Shown piece by piece: positions 1-11,309 of a stretch of 64,000 nt of DNA. A model generated the notes under the pieces. It was not told the DNA's origin and searched no databases. It saw nothing but the letters and a program-made list of their open reading frames with translations. How positions within the stretch are numbered: position 1 is the stretch's first letter; each line of letters starts with the position of its first letter. Source of the stretch: Epithemia pelagica (lineage: Eukaryota > Protista > Bacillariophyta); contig OX337240.1 in NCBI GenBank assembly GCA_946965045.2, forward strand, positions 2,170,001 through 2,234,000, given 5' to 3'. The translations under genes were made by a program, and so were the position numbers.

Positions 1-292
1 GTGCTTCAAACCAAAACATTAACCCTAATGATATTACCCATCATACTGGATCTCTTGTTTCTCCTCTTTGATTGACCCCCATATAATGTCAGGCAGAGCG
101 ATAGAAAGCTCGGAAAGTGAGGAATGTGGGGGTTACTCATAAGCCCAGAAAGAACCTACAGATAAAAAGTTAGGGGGCCATGTACGTTTAAGGGGAGTGG
201 GGGGGACAGGACTAAGGGGGGACAGGAATCCGCAAATTACGGTAGTTTTGTTCTGCCTTGGTTAGGATAGCATGTCCAATCTCCTTGATCAG

Positions 293-1845
293 TCATTGCG
301 GTGGCTTGGCGATCGTCCGTCCTGACCGAGTTTTCGTACTTGTAGCAGGAGTTTCCACAATGATGTTGCGCACTGGCGCCGTCGATTCATCATTTCCAGT
401 GTCCATTGTGATGCCTTCCACTGGATTATCGGGTTGCTCTTCATTTTGATCCTTGCCGTTGTCGTTTCCGCCGTTGTTTTCGCCATGGTAGTCTTGGCCA
501 TGGTTTCCGTGACTACCGTCGTTGCTGATGCCATCCTCATGACCAGACCGAATCTCATTACTCATGAGTGGAGTAGTCACGAGTTTTCTAGGGTTAGGCG
601 GACTGGTATAAAACAGTCGCCGAAGCCACGTCACGTCAGGTGTTTCCTGAACACGACTCGTTTTGGGGTCAAACATCCAATAGCAATCCCCTGGATGATC
701 ACGTGCATACCCAACGAACATGCAGTGCACTCCCTTGTCCATTAATTTCGGTGACGTCTTAGTCTTGACTATGACCGTTCCGGCTTCCCCCTAAATGTGT
801 AGATACTTTGCAAATTCGGGAATCTTCCCCAATTATGCTCAAATCGAGTCGGGGTCCAAGCCTCGTGCCACAGCTTGTAATGAATCTCGATCGGGACATG
901 TGCACGATGCATCATTGCTCGAGCATGATTCATGATGGTAGCAAATCCGACTTCAGCGATGGAATTCTGCTGAGGAGTATCTCGTGCAGTGAATTCAAAT
1001 GGATACCGAGCTGCCACTTTTCCTTTTGGCACATTTTCTGCAAGGCCTTGTTTTCTAATGCGTTGTCAAGTCGAAGGTGAGTCATCGTTACCCCATGTTG
1101 TTTCATGAGCGCCAACTTCTCACAGATTGGTTCTATCATGTCATCCTTGCTGTCAAAAAACTCGGACATCTTCAACTGCACCTTGGGATGTACAACGAGG
1201 ATTGGCCATTGCGGCTTCGTCAGAATCGGTATGTTCTCCTTCTTCTTGACTGCTGCTACATCTAAGGGGGTAAAAATGCACCCTCCGTTGCCCCGATTGT
1301 GGTCCTAATGTCCTGTACGTTGTTCAGATGCCCAGCAAGACCGTCAACATGTGGTTTGCCAAAACTGAGTAATGCATACTCGCGCAACAACTCAATTTCT
1401 TGATCACTGAAGATCCCCGACAACACGACACCGCCGGTCCAAAGATGTACCTGCGAAGCAACAAAGTATTCATCTTCCTTCTTATCATACAATATTTCCA
1501 TAGGCAACTTCACCGAATCTGAGCATCTTTCACCAATTTCGTACGCTTCTGAAATTTCCTGTTATTTCGTTGTTTATCATTAAGCGTCGCTCCCTTTGGC
1601 TTGTTCCTTTCATAAATAGCTTTCGCACGCTATACCAACTTCTTCTCCCTAATTGCTGCACTTCCAACACCCGCGGCTGTTGACCTGCTTAATTTCCGTT
1701 TCTTCTTGGGGTTGTCCAATGGTGCCATTGTACGGTTCTTTTGTCATCAATCGTGGCCAACACTATCTACCGTTTCTTTCAACACGTCCATTTAAAATCT
1801 GCACTTTGGTCCTCCACCCGACAATTGAGATGTTTCAGATTTTAG
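293..1845 (-). mobile_element. Decayed Ty1/copia retrotransposon fragment (integrase and upstream region), frameshifted
   Basis: Overlapping broken ORFs 930-1181, 769-1032 and 293-742 carry integrase-core motifs (RLDNALEN; FTARDTPQQNSIAEVGF) and the integrase SH3 motif KGVHCMFVGY. No LTR or RT was found in the window, and the boundaries are approximate. Confidence 0.8.
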
Positions 1846-2535
1846 TGTAATCCTACTATTCATAGATAGGAGTAGGAGTATATGTTTTCTTCTCTGTCCC
1901 TCTACCCGGAATAGACACTACTCCTAGTACATACGCGTCACGGCGCCGGCGCTGCCTCAAACCGCTTTCTCTTTTACTTCCTACATAATATACATACCAC
2001 CTTCTTTTCGTCGGTCAACCGCCTGCCAACTGTCGAGATTCTGTCAACTTCCGCGTTACAAGAAGTATACTTCGGCCTTACAAATGGGGTGAGTCCAATC
2101 ACGCGTGATTGAATGCACTTCGTGTGCACTTAGAAAGTGCGACTGACCGGGTCGCCCCATGCTTGGGGGTAACTACGAACTACGGACTACAATACGGAGA
2201 GACGGAAGTTGGGGAAATCGGCCCTATTATGCACAATCAGGGTTTTGTGGCAAAAAACAAGGTCTCTAGGTAGGGTATATTGTACTCCTAAGGAACTTTT
2301 CCCAAGTTTCCAAGGGGGGATGCACGAGGATACACGACCACTAATGGAATGTGGACATAACACACGAATTATTGGATGAAAGACTTGAGTCATGTGTTAT
2401 CTCTTATCTCTAGAGATCCACAGCTGCCATATCTCTGGCTGGTCAATCCTTTCAAGTGCACTGAAACCTGGTGTCGTATTGTGTCATCGGAGACAAATTG
2501 TGGGTACGATATTGGTGGGAATTGTGCGTCACATA

Positions 2536-2815
2536 GAGGGCATATATAAATTTGAACGCGAGCCCGCTCTTATCGCGACGGCCCGCTCGATTCGGGTTGG
2601 CCTGCTCGATTTTCCCATATCGGGCTGGAGTGCATATATCGGGCTAGCCCGATCATATCGGGCAAACACCGTGAAAAATCACATAATAAAATGCACAGAT
2701 CGGGCTGGCCCGATCAGATCGGGCCAGCCCGATCAGATCGGGCTGGAATGCTCATAACGGGCTGGATTTTTCATATCGGGCATTTAAATTCAATAGCCCT
2801 TTAAATAGCCCCTCT
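2536..2815. repeat. Array of palindromic ATCGGGC/GCCCGAT units, possible MITE
   Basis: About 8 (A/T)CGGGC motifs plus inverted copies. There is a perfect palindrome ATCGGGCTAGCCCGAT and 19-bp-period units at 2698-2746. The ends show only weak inverted similarity (TAGAGGGC... / ...GCCCCTCTTA). Confidence 0.6.
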
Positions 2816-3275
2816 TAGAAATAAGATCACAATACACATATTATAGCAAATTATTGATGAATATATCATATTGCAAAGTCCAACATATGGAAAAAGGGCA
2901 AAGAGTGTCATATTCATATTAAAAACGTGAAGCTGTTGTCATATCGGCACTCACATATGACAAACGACTGCGGTGGAATGTCGAATGTGGAAGATATGGA
3001 TCTTGTATTGGGTTTGCCTTTTGGTTTTTGCTTGAAAACCAACGACCAACCCTCAATCAACCTCAACCCTGACCCTGTCCCTGTGGAACACAACATGACA
3101 AGGCATCCCCGTTGTTGTAGCTAGTGTATACCATGCGTAGACCCTATTCTATGCATACTTCGGGTGGGCGGGCTGATTTCCCCAACTTCCGACCGACTGC
3201 AGAAGATCCAAGACCCAAGACCGAATAGGAGCACCGAATCTCCCCAAATCGCGACGCATCTCTTGACAAAACAAC

Positions 3276-5147
3276 ATGGGGAACAAACAATCGAACCAAG
3301 ACGGGGATGGTAGCACCGCGGTAACATCTGTCGATCATGAGCCCGTTGGTACCCCAGAGGACTTTCAATACTCAAAAGGTGTTTGCGCCTTATCGTATTG
3401 GGAGCCAATTCGCCTATTAGGTGAAGGCAGCATTTCCGACATTCATCTGGTTGTCCGACGCGATGCACCGATTCAAGTAAAGTACAAGGAAAAGCGCGAC
3501 GTCATGGCGTTGGCAAAAAAGAACAAAAAAGCTCGAGGTGGCGTCTCAGAGAACGTGGGTGATGCTAAATTGGCCGAAAAGAAAGATGTTTATGTACTAA
3601 AATCGATCATGAAGGATCACGTCGGAAACGAACGCGTTTTGGAAGAAATGAGACGAGAAATTTATACCATGAGTCACCTTCGACACCCTCACATTGTCAA
3701 TGTGATTGAAGCTTACGAACGACGGCGACACATTTATCTGGTCATGGAGTATTGTTCCGGTGGTGATCTGACGGACCGGACGTTTAAGGAGCCCACTTGT
3801 GCCGCCATTGTCGCCAATATCCTGTCAGCTTTGGCCTATATGCATAGTTGCGGTGTTGTACATCGAGATATCAAGCTCGAGAATATTGTCTTTGCGTCGA
3901 GCGGTGAACCTAAAATTATTGACTATGGACTAGCGACCAAGTATCTGTCTGAGGAATTCAAAACCATGACCGACAAAGTCGGAACTCTATACTCAATGGC
4001 ACCGCAGGTCTTGCAAGGAGTCTATGATGCCAAATGTGACATGTGGAGTATGGGTGTGGTGACGTACAATCTACTGTCTGGATACAAACCGTTCTGGGGG
4101 CCTCCCAGGGCCATGCCATGGCCAGAGAGACGCAAAATCATGATTGATCGAATTATGCGTTGTCAGTACATGAAAATGCAGGGACCATCATGGTCCAAAA
4201 TATCTCAGGAAGCCAAAGACTTCTGTGCTTCGCTGTTGAAACTGGATCTGGCAGACCGCCCATCTGCTCAGAAGGCATTAGATGAGTCTCCTTGGCTTCA
4301 AAAATACGCGAATAGTATCAATCAAAAGGTCGGCGAAGGAACTACCAAACAAGACGATGTATCACCTGAACTATTATCATTGAGCATGATAAAGAAGGAA
4401 TCAGAGCTGCATGACCGTCGAATTGTTGTACGGGACAAAATGAAAGATGTCATCGTGACAGGTTTGACCGACCGAGAGATATCTAGTTTGCGAACCGAAG
4501 TAGAAACTCGGGACACGGAAGGCACTGGGCGTGTCTCTATCGATGACTTGCGCAGCTCCATACAACGGCTTGGTTCAGAAGTATCTGTGCACCCCCTACC
4601 ATCTTCGACTGTCGCAACGATTGTCGACAGAATAAACGATATTTGTAGAGAGTTTGAACCGAGCATTCTTGAGGTGTTGACGATTGAGTATCATGACTTT
4701 TTCGCGCGTGCTTTCGAGGAACAAGGTCGTATTGCTACCGAAGCCATTGCCAAAGCATGCGATGATCTTGATGTGGAAGGCAAGCGTATGATACCGTTGA
4801 AGAAGCTCTTGCCATCGCTCGACGAGTCGTTTTCCAACTACAGTGAGAAACTTGCGGAACAGCTCACCATGGATGAACTGGGAATGGTCTCTACCATTCA
4901 AGTGCTTGAGCTGGCTGGAATACACGTTGCGCAACGGACGCGTAATTCCATTCGAAGTGGTCAAGAGCTTGGTGACTCGGATGAACACGACAACGACAAG
5001 AAAGGACAAACAACGGGTGTTATGGATACTGATTTGATGGACGAGACCAACACAGCAATTCCAGGAGGCATTCCATTCGACAGTGATAACAAAGACGTCA
5101 AGTTTGTGTACGATGCCATCCAGAAGTCTTTCCGAAAAAATTCATGA
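3276..5147 (+). CDS. Ca2+-dependent (CDPK/CaMK-like) Ser/Thr protein kinase, 623 aa
   Basis: Kinase motifs LGEGSISD, VLKSI, HRDIKLEN, DYG and DMWSMG. C-terminal degenerate EF-hand-like segments (DTEGTGRVSIDDL) and an N-terminal MGNKQS myristoylation-type motif are present. Confidence 0.92.
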   Translation: MGNKQSNQDGDGSTAVTSVDHEPVGTPEDFQYSKGVCALSYWEPIRLLGEGSISDIHLVVRRDAPIQVKYKEKRDVMALAKKNKKARGGVSENVGDAKLAEKKDVYVLKSIMKDHVGNERVLEEMRREIYTMSHLRHPHIVNVIEAYERRRHIYLVMEYCSGGDLTDRTFKEPTCAAIVANILSALAYMHSCGVVHRDIKLENIVFASSGEPKIIDYGLATKYLSEEFKTMTDKVGTLYSMAPQVLQGVYDAKCDMWSMGVVTYNLLSGYKPFWGPPRAMPWPERRKIMIDRIMRCQYMKMQGPSWSKISQEAKDFCASLLKLDLADRPSAQKALDESPWLQKYANSINQKVGEGTTKQDDVSPELLSLSMIKKESELHDRRIVVRDKMKDVIVTGLTDREISSLRTEVETRDTEGTGRVSIDDLRSSIQRLGSEVSVHPLPSSTVATIVDRINDICREFEPSILEVLTIEYHDFFARAFEEQGRIATEAIAKACDDLDVEGKRMIPLKKLLPSLDESFSNYSEKLAEQLTMDELGMVSTIQVLELAGIHVAQRTRNSIRSGQELGDSDEHDNDKKGQTTGVMDTDLMDETNTAIPGGIPFDSDNKDVKFVYDAIQKSFRKNS

Positions 5148-5212
5148 CGCGCGAAACCATGATCTTTATATATTGGAATAAATAGATGTAGAGATTTCTC
5201 TCAGTGTCCCAT

Positions 5213-7773
5213 TCAAAAATTCGTAGACAGCTCATCTGCAGGTAGGCGATCGTCCTGTGAACTTCCCCCTTCCATGTCCTCAACTTCATGTTGATCGCTG
5301 CTGTAAACAGGCGGATCGCCAGCCCGAGACGCCTCATGAATACTCATCGCTTCCTGGTCCATGTCTTCCAAGCACCAATTGATTGCATCGTGAAGACAAG
5401 CAAAAAAGTGTTGACGACCAACCATTTCCATGAATCCCGAATCTACCATGCGCTTCATTACCAACAAACTCGGATTCACAAAGATCATTTGTTGTCCCCG
5501 GCTCTTGTATGTTTGGTACATATCTTGCAAAACATGCAACGCACTGGTGTCAACGCGGCTCACAGGGGCCAGCTCCAGAATCAAGTACTTCAAAGAAGCT
5601 TCGAAGTTGTTGTTTTCACGAAGTTGTGATTCCGCTTGGAAACGGTATTTCCGGATCTTATCACGTACATTTTGAGCATTCGCGAAATACAATGGAGCGT
5701 CGATACGGACCATTACAATGCCGTCGTATTTCTCCGCTTCAGGGTATTGCTTGACGTTTCTGTATACGTTCGTTCCGGGCAATCGCCCAAGTACAGATGT
5801 ATGTGGATACGCAGACTCGTAAATGACAATCAACAACGACACACCCACAGCAATAGCCAATCCCATTTCAACTCCCAAGAACATTGTTCCGAAGCATGCC
5901 GTACACCAAACACTAAAGTCGAACTTATGAACTTTCCATAAATGGATAGCTTCATCATAGTCCAAAAGGCCCAATACACCAGAGATCACAATTGCAGCTA
6001 AAACATTCAAGGGTAGCTGCTCGAAAACGGCAGTCAACAGCAAAAGGACAAATCCAACCAGTGTCGCCGTTACCATTCCGCTCACACCAGATTCGGCCCC
6101 AGATTCATGATTGACAGCTTAATATTCGATGTAAAGTCATCGGCACATGTGAGAATGCTATTCATCAAACTCACCTCACTTTCGACAGCTATATCTTACC
6201 AGATCTGGAAAAGGAGCCAGTGACAGGGTAGGATTGAAAGATGCTGCCAATAAAATTGGCCATGCCCAAGCCGATAAGTTCCGTTGATGAGTCTATTTCA
6301 TACTTGTGTTTTGACGCCAATGTCTTGGCAATTGCAATCGACTCCATGAAGCCCACAATGACAATACTGATAGTAACCAAGAACACCTGGTCCAGATCGG
6401 CAATAGGGAACCACTCATTTACGGTGACACTTGGAAATCCTTCGGGGATGTAAGCAACAATCGGGATACCTCGTTCGTCCAAATTCAGAGCAACAGTCAA
6501 AATAATGGCCAAGGCCGTCACAGTCAAGGGGCCAAGTGCTCGCATGAACTTAAGACGAGGATACGTCTTTCCCACATTCTTAAAAATGACAAGGAACACC
6601 ACCGACAAAACTCCCATGACAAAGGTTTTCCAGTTAAACTGATCGATGTCCTTGAGGATATTTTGAATCATTTCATGAAGTTTCTTGGAGCGTTCCACTT
6701 CGTAACCAAATATGTATTTCACTTGAGACATTCCGATAATTACAGCTGCACCCGTGGTGAAGCCTGTCATGAATCATGGAAGACAACAAAGATTTGAGGT
6801 TCTCATCCCATTAGAACAGGAATACCCAATAGATGTACGTACCCGATATCACTGCGTGAGAAAGGAAGATAGTTACAAAGCCCAACTGTAGCAATCCCAT
6901 TGCTATGTTGGTGATACCGACCAAGAACGATATTTGCACCGCAATAGTTGCGTAGATAGTCTCGTAGCTTGGGTCATTCTCATCCACACCACGACTGGAT
7001 AAGATGGTATCAATTCCAGTAGACAAAAGTAAGGATATAAGAGCGACAGGACCAACTGCAAGTTGTCGACTGGTCCCAAAGAAACTGTAAGCAAAAACCG
7101 GCATGAGAGCCGAATATAGGCCATACTCTACTGGAAGTCCAGCGAGTTTGGCGTAGGACATGGATTGAGGAACAATCATGACACCCACAGTGAGCCCGGC
7201 GATAAGATCTTTGGCAAATGTGGTCTTCCAATCATATTGGCGCAACCATTTACACATTGGCAAAAATGTATCAAGCCAGTCCGATGGTTTCTTGTTTGAA
7301 AAAGTCTCCATTTGTTTGTTCGCGTACTTTCGGAACTGATTCTTGATGATAGTCGACTGCATCAAAATGGAATCCATCGACTGACTCACTCTACGTTGGT
7401 TCCGATTTCCATTGACACTGCTTTGTGCATGTTCTTGATTCTGCTCCAAAAGGTCGTCCGTTTCAGAAGTGGGACCTTGTGGTGGATTTGGAACTTGATG
7501 GCGACGCGAGACAATCGAGTCTGTTCGAATATAATCAAGTGCACGACGATGACGAGAGACAAACGGACGGCGTTTGCGTGGACCATCCCCGCCATCTCCA
7601 GCGTCTTTCTTGTTGGAAGCCGAGGGACCCGACGAGGAGACTGAAACGGCTTCGGCACTGCTGGCATCTTCACCTGACACTGGTTGTGTGGACCCGACAG
7701 ACACGTTTTCTTCGTCTCCTCCAGCGCCTCTACGTTCAAGATCGTCGACGTTTGTTTCGTTTCGGTTGCTCAT
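5213..7773 (-). CDS. SLC26/SulP anion transporter with STAS domain; exons 7773-6843, 6763-6200, 6117-5213 (799 aa)
   Basis: Motifs DLIAGLTVGVMIVPQSMSYA and GTSRQLAVGP. The two GT-AG introns (6764-6842, 6118-6199) restore AVISGFTTGAA and TGSFSRSAVN. STAS motifs are RIDAPLYFAN and VDTSAL. Confidence 0.95.
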
Positions 7774-8468
7774 GTTTGTCCTGAGAAACCTGGGCGCGTC
7801 ACTCCGATATTCCAAATTTCAGAGGGCGAGGTACCTTCGGGTAGATGGAACGTCCAATGACAATGTGACAATGGAACTGTTCTCTCGAGTTTCAGAGCTC
7901 GATGGAAGGCTATACAACTGGTGTGGATTGGTCAAAAGGAAATCCTCTTTCCTCAGGTACCAACCAAATCTTGATGATCAGGAGGAGAGGAAGCCAAGCC
8001 AACGAGGATTGTCTGTTGTCCCTTGTAACTTCCTGTCCGAGAAGAAGCTCACCACCCGATCTCGAACGAAATGGTTTGTGAAATGCAGCTCTTCACTTGA
8101 TCAACACAAAATCACTTGTCTCAATTGCAACGAGATCACAAGAGATGCAGTCCTTCCCGTCACATACGTGACTTAAACCAATGTAAAATTGTGTTGTCTG
8201 TTGTCTCGCTATCTGTGGATGTTGAAAGATTGATTGTGCGCCACGACGCAGACACCAAAGAACGTCTGCGTCGTGAAAGCGCGTTGCGTCTTTTCTGGGC
8301 TGCTGCTTGTGGGGGCGCTTTGTACTATTGAGACGCTGAGAATTGATGACTCGCCCCATGTCGCATGTCGCACTCGCGTTTCGATTCAACGAGTCGCGGA
8401 TCTCTATACGTAGGGAGCTGTGGTAGCTACGATAGGTGGTGCTCTAGTAGGTAGGTCTGTTGTTTCTA

Positions 8469-9994
8469 CGGACTCCGGGGGCCGAAAAATTCCCCCACAG
8501 TTAGCCGTGCTTTTCATACTTGTACTCTATTGTCTATAGTTATCTGGGCCGGTGGTTTAGGAAACCACGGTCATGATACACTGCATGGCACCAACATGGC
8601 AAACTCAAGCCGGTGTGCACCTCCAACTAAAGGTGCTAGCACTCCTCCGACCACCACGGAGTCCTCAGAATCAAGTGTACTGTGACGGAATGAACGGGCG
8701 GCGATGGGTTGGCCATTTTGGTGGACCGAAGGCAAGGTTTTGAAGTCTTCCAAATCCTGGTGGGAAGGAAGCAACAAGATTACCAAGATTGGAGTCGGAG
8801 AATGATGTAATGAACAAAGATTGCAATGAGGGACGACAATGGAAGCTTCTAAATGGATGGATGAGTCGTGGGAGAGCAGCGGCAAGGACACACGGCAATC
8901 AACTGGAGGATTCTCGTCTGAACAAAACAGTCGGCCGCAACAACGACAACACCAACAACAGACTGTCTCTCAATGTTGCGAGACCACAAGAACCCAACAA
9001 CAACCGGTCGCCTTGTGCAAGTGAAGGGTCGACTCCATCATCACGGCTGCAACAACCGCAACAACCTCAGCCACAACAAAGACAGCGACTGATTTGTGGC
9101 ACCACACGACGAGTTGGACGCGAAGTGAACCTTGTTTCCCAACGACGTGAAGCCCGCGACCACAAAACCAACATCCACCACGACCAATCCATTGGATGGT
9201 ACAAGACAATGGCACCAATGCACCAATCAACTACTCTAGACCTCCAACAAAACCTAAATGCAACAATCCACTCCTCGTTTTGGCCACAACGACAACAACA
9301 TCCAATGCAACAATCAAAAGCGGGAGGATCTTGACGACAAAACCAACAGCCACAACGAGCGAGCCATCGGATGGTAATGATGATACGACACCCACAAACA
9401 TGACAACAGATACCACCAACCACACAACCAACTGGTTTTGGCCTCGCGTGGCATGCATGCCCCCATCGCAACAATCAACTCATCGTTTCGGCCGAACAAA
9501 ACAATCCGGGGCCACGACAATGACAATGGCACCAAAAGCAACAATCAACTGCTCTCCATCTCTGGTTCTTTCAGTTCTACAACAAACACAACGATCAACG
9601 CCTTGTTTCGGCCGAACGAGACAATCCTGTGCCGCGACAACGACAACAAATGCAACAACCAACTCCAAGTGAAACCATCACCTATACCCATGACAACAAG
9701 CAGCAGTGGTGGTGACTGCATAATATAGGCTTATAATTAATAAGTGGGTTGTATATTTTGCACTTGTATGATTGTTGTTTACTACTCGCACAGGAAGGGT
9801 AAGCGCCTCGTCATGGTGAAAAGGTTCATCGGTACGAGTTACGACTGCGAGATACGTGAACGTCTTGTGGATGATGAGGGGCAATTCATTTTACTTTCAG
9901 AAAATGAATGGAGTCATGAATCTCGTAGGGCCGGAAGTCTCACGAACGTGAAACACTGGATATCGTGGGGGAATTTTTCGGCCCCCGGAGTCCG
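8469..9994. mobile_element. Non-autonomous TIR DNA transposon, TA-flanked (Tc1/mariner-like signature)
   Basis: Perfect 30-bp inverted repeats CGGACTCCGGGGGCCGAAAAATTCCCCCAC at 8469-8498 and 9965-9994, with TA on both sides. The interior is CAA-rich low complexity and has no transposase. Confidence 0.85.
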
Positions 9995-10133
9995 TAGGTA
10001 GGTAGGTGGTCGGAGTGGGAACACAAGACAAATACCTTATCCTCAGACAGACATCATTGGACGAAAGGAACCCTTCCATCTACAGTAAGATCAAGTTGAA
10101 ATACATATGATACACTTTAAATGGATCGTTTTG

Positions 10134-11309
10134 CTATAACTGGAAGCCTTGTTCTCTAGACTGCTGAGCCGTGTTCGGCACACACGGCAATACCTCATCA
10201 AGATTGGGGTTGAAAGGACTCGCATTCCATCGGGCAAGGAATGGGGAAGCATCCGCACTGATGGACTTTTCGTCTTGTGGGTTTTCCAACGAAGCAAAGC
10301 CCATTAATCGAAAGTAGCTTTCCAAGGAGGTGTTGTGCCGTGGAGCTGCCAAGATCCATGACAATCCTTCGGCCACTCGCTTGCAGGCATCTTCGATTAA
10401 GCAGAGCCCAAAACCAGTACCTCGATACCGTGAGTCGACTGTGACATCTTCAATCCACAGATAGCTCATGATCGAAGCAGTGGGATGCCAGTGATGGCGC
10501 CAGTGTAAATCATGAATAGAATCTTCAAAGTCTTCCATCGACTCGTTCGGCACTTCTTCCCTTCTCCAATTCTGAAACATTGTGTTGCTCTGTATTTGTG
10601 ACAGGAGAGCGTCGAGTAGCGGTGGGCATTCCTTATGCTTTTCAGAAGGAAGCTTCAGGGACATTGGTCGTATCACAAAGCATGTGATGTGCCCTATCCT
10701 TTGAATTGTTGTTTCGTCGGGATGAATTTCCACTGTACCGCTGCTGTACTTGGAGGTGATTTCAGAGGAGATTTCAATTGTGCTCAAATCATCCAGAGTC
10801 AGCTCAAGATGGGCCTCGAACAAATCAATACCTTTGATCCCAAATACATTTTGTGCTTTCTTTCGCCAGATAATCTGCAAGGTGCCATCCGGCCATGAAC
10901 GGGAGGGGCGATACACAGATATTACCTGTGGTGGTTTTGGTTTTGTAGCTTTGGTTGACTTTGACTTGGACTGTTTGGATCCTTCTTGTCCGTTCCGTTT
11001 TCTTCGTGGGTTAGTTCTATAGTGCTGAGGCGTCCCGCCTTCCTCATCGTTCCATTGGGATTCGCCAGCATGAAGCGACGCCGCAACGTCGGAAGCGCAA
11101 TCTCTGGCACAGTCATCCTTGAAACATAGAGCCATAAAAGCACTCGTATCCACCTTCATAATGGACGCAACAGGAGTTGAACCTGATGATGACCCAGTGT
11201 TTGCTGAATTCGAAACACTCTTGTTTTTCTTGGACACGGCAGTCACATGGTTCTCGTCTCCATCAATTCCCATCACATGAGGGCCCAGTTGTCCCAGAAT
11301 CCAGTCCAT
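10134..11309 (-). CDS. GNAT-like acetyltransferase-domain protein, paralog 1 (391 aa)
   Basis: C-terminal motif A-like VTVDSRYRGTGFGLCLIEDAC. It shares the VYRPSRSW..LQIIW block with the 13145 ORF. Confidence 0.7.
   Translation of the reverse strand: MDWILGQLGPHVMGIDGDENHVTAVSKKNKSVSNSANTGSSSGSTPVASIMKVDTSAFMALCFKDDCARDCASDVAASLHAGESQWNDEEGGTPQHYRTNPRRKRNGQEGSKQSKSKSTKATKPKPPQVISVYRPSRSWPDGTLQIIWRKKAQNVFGIKGIDLFEAHLELTLDDLSTIEISSEITSKYSSGTVEIHPDETTIQRIGHITCFVIRPMSLKLPSEKHKECPPLLDALLSQIQSNTMFQNWRREEVPNESMEDFEDSIHDLHWRHHWHPTASIMSYLWIEDVTVDSRYRGTGFGLCLIEDACKRVAEGLSWILAAPRHNTSLESYFRLMGFASLENPQDEKSISADASPFLARWNASPFNPNLDEVLPCVPNTAQQSREQGFQL

Noticed and set aside
1846-2100. LTR or PBS for the left decayed Copia
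   Set aside because: No second copy, TG..CA pair or PBS-like motif could be supported.
2698-2746. CRISPR-like appearance of the 19-bp palindromic units, and of the 22-bp-period LTR repeats
   Set aside because: There are no unique spacers and no cas genes, and the context is eukaryotic.
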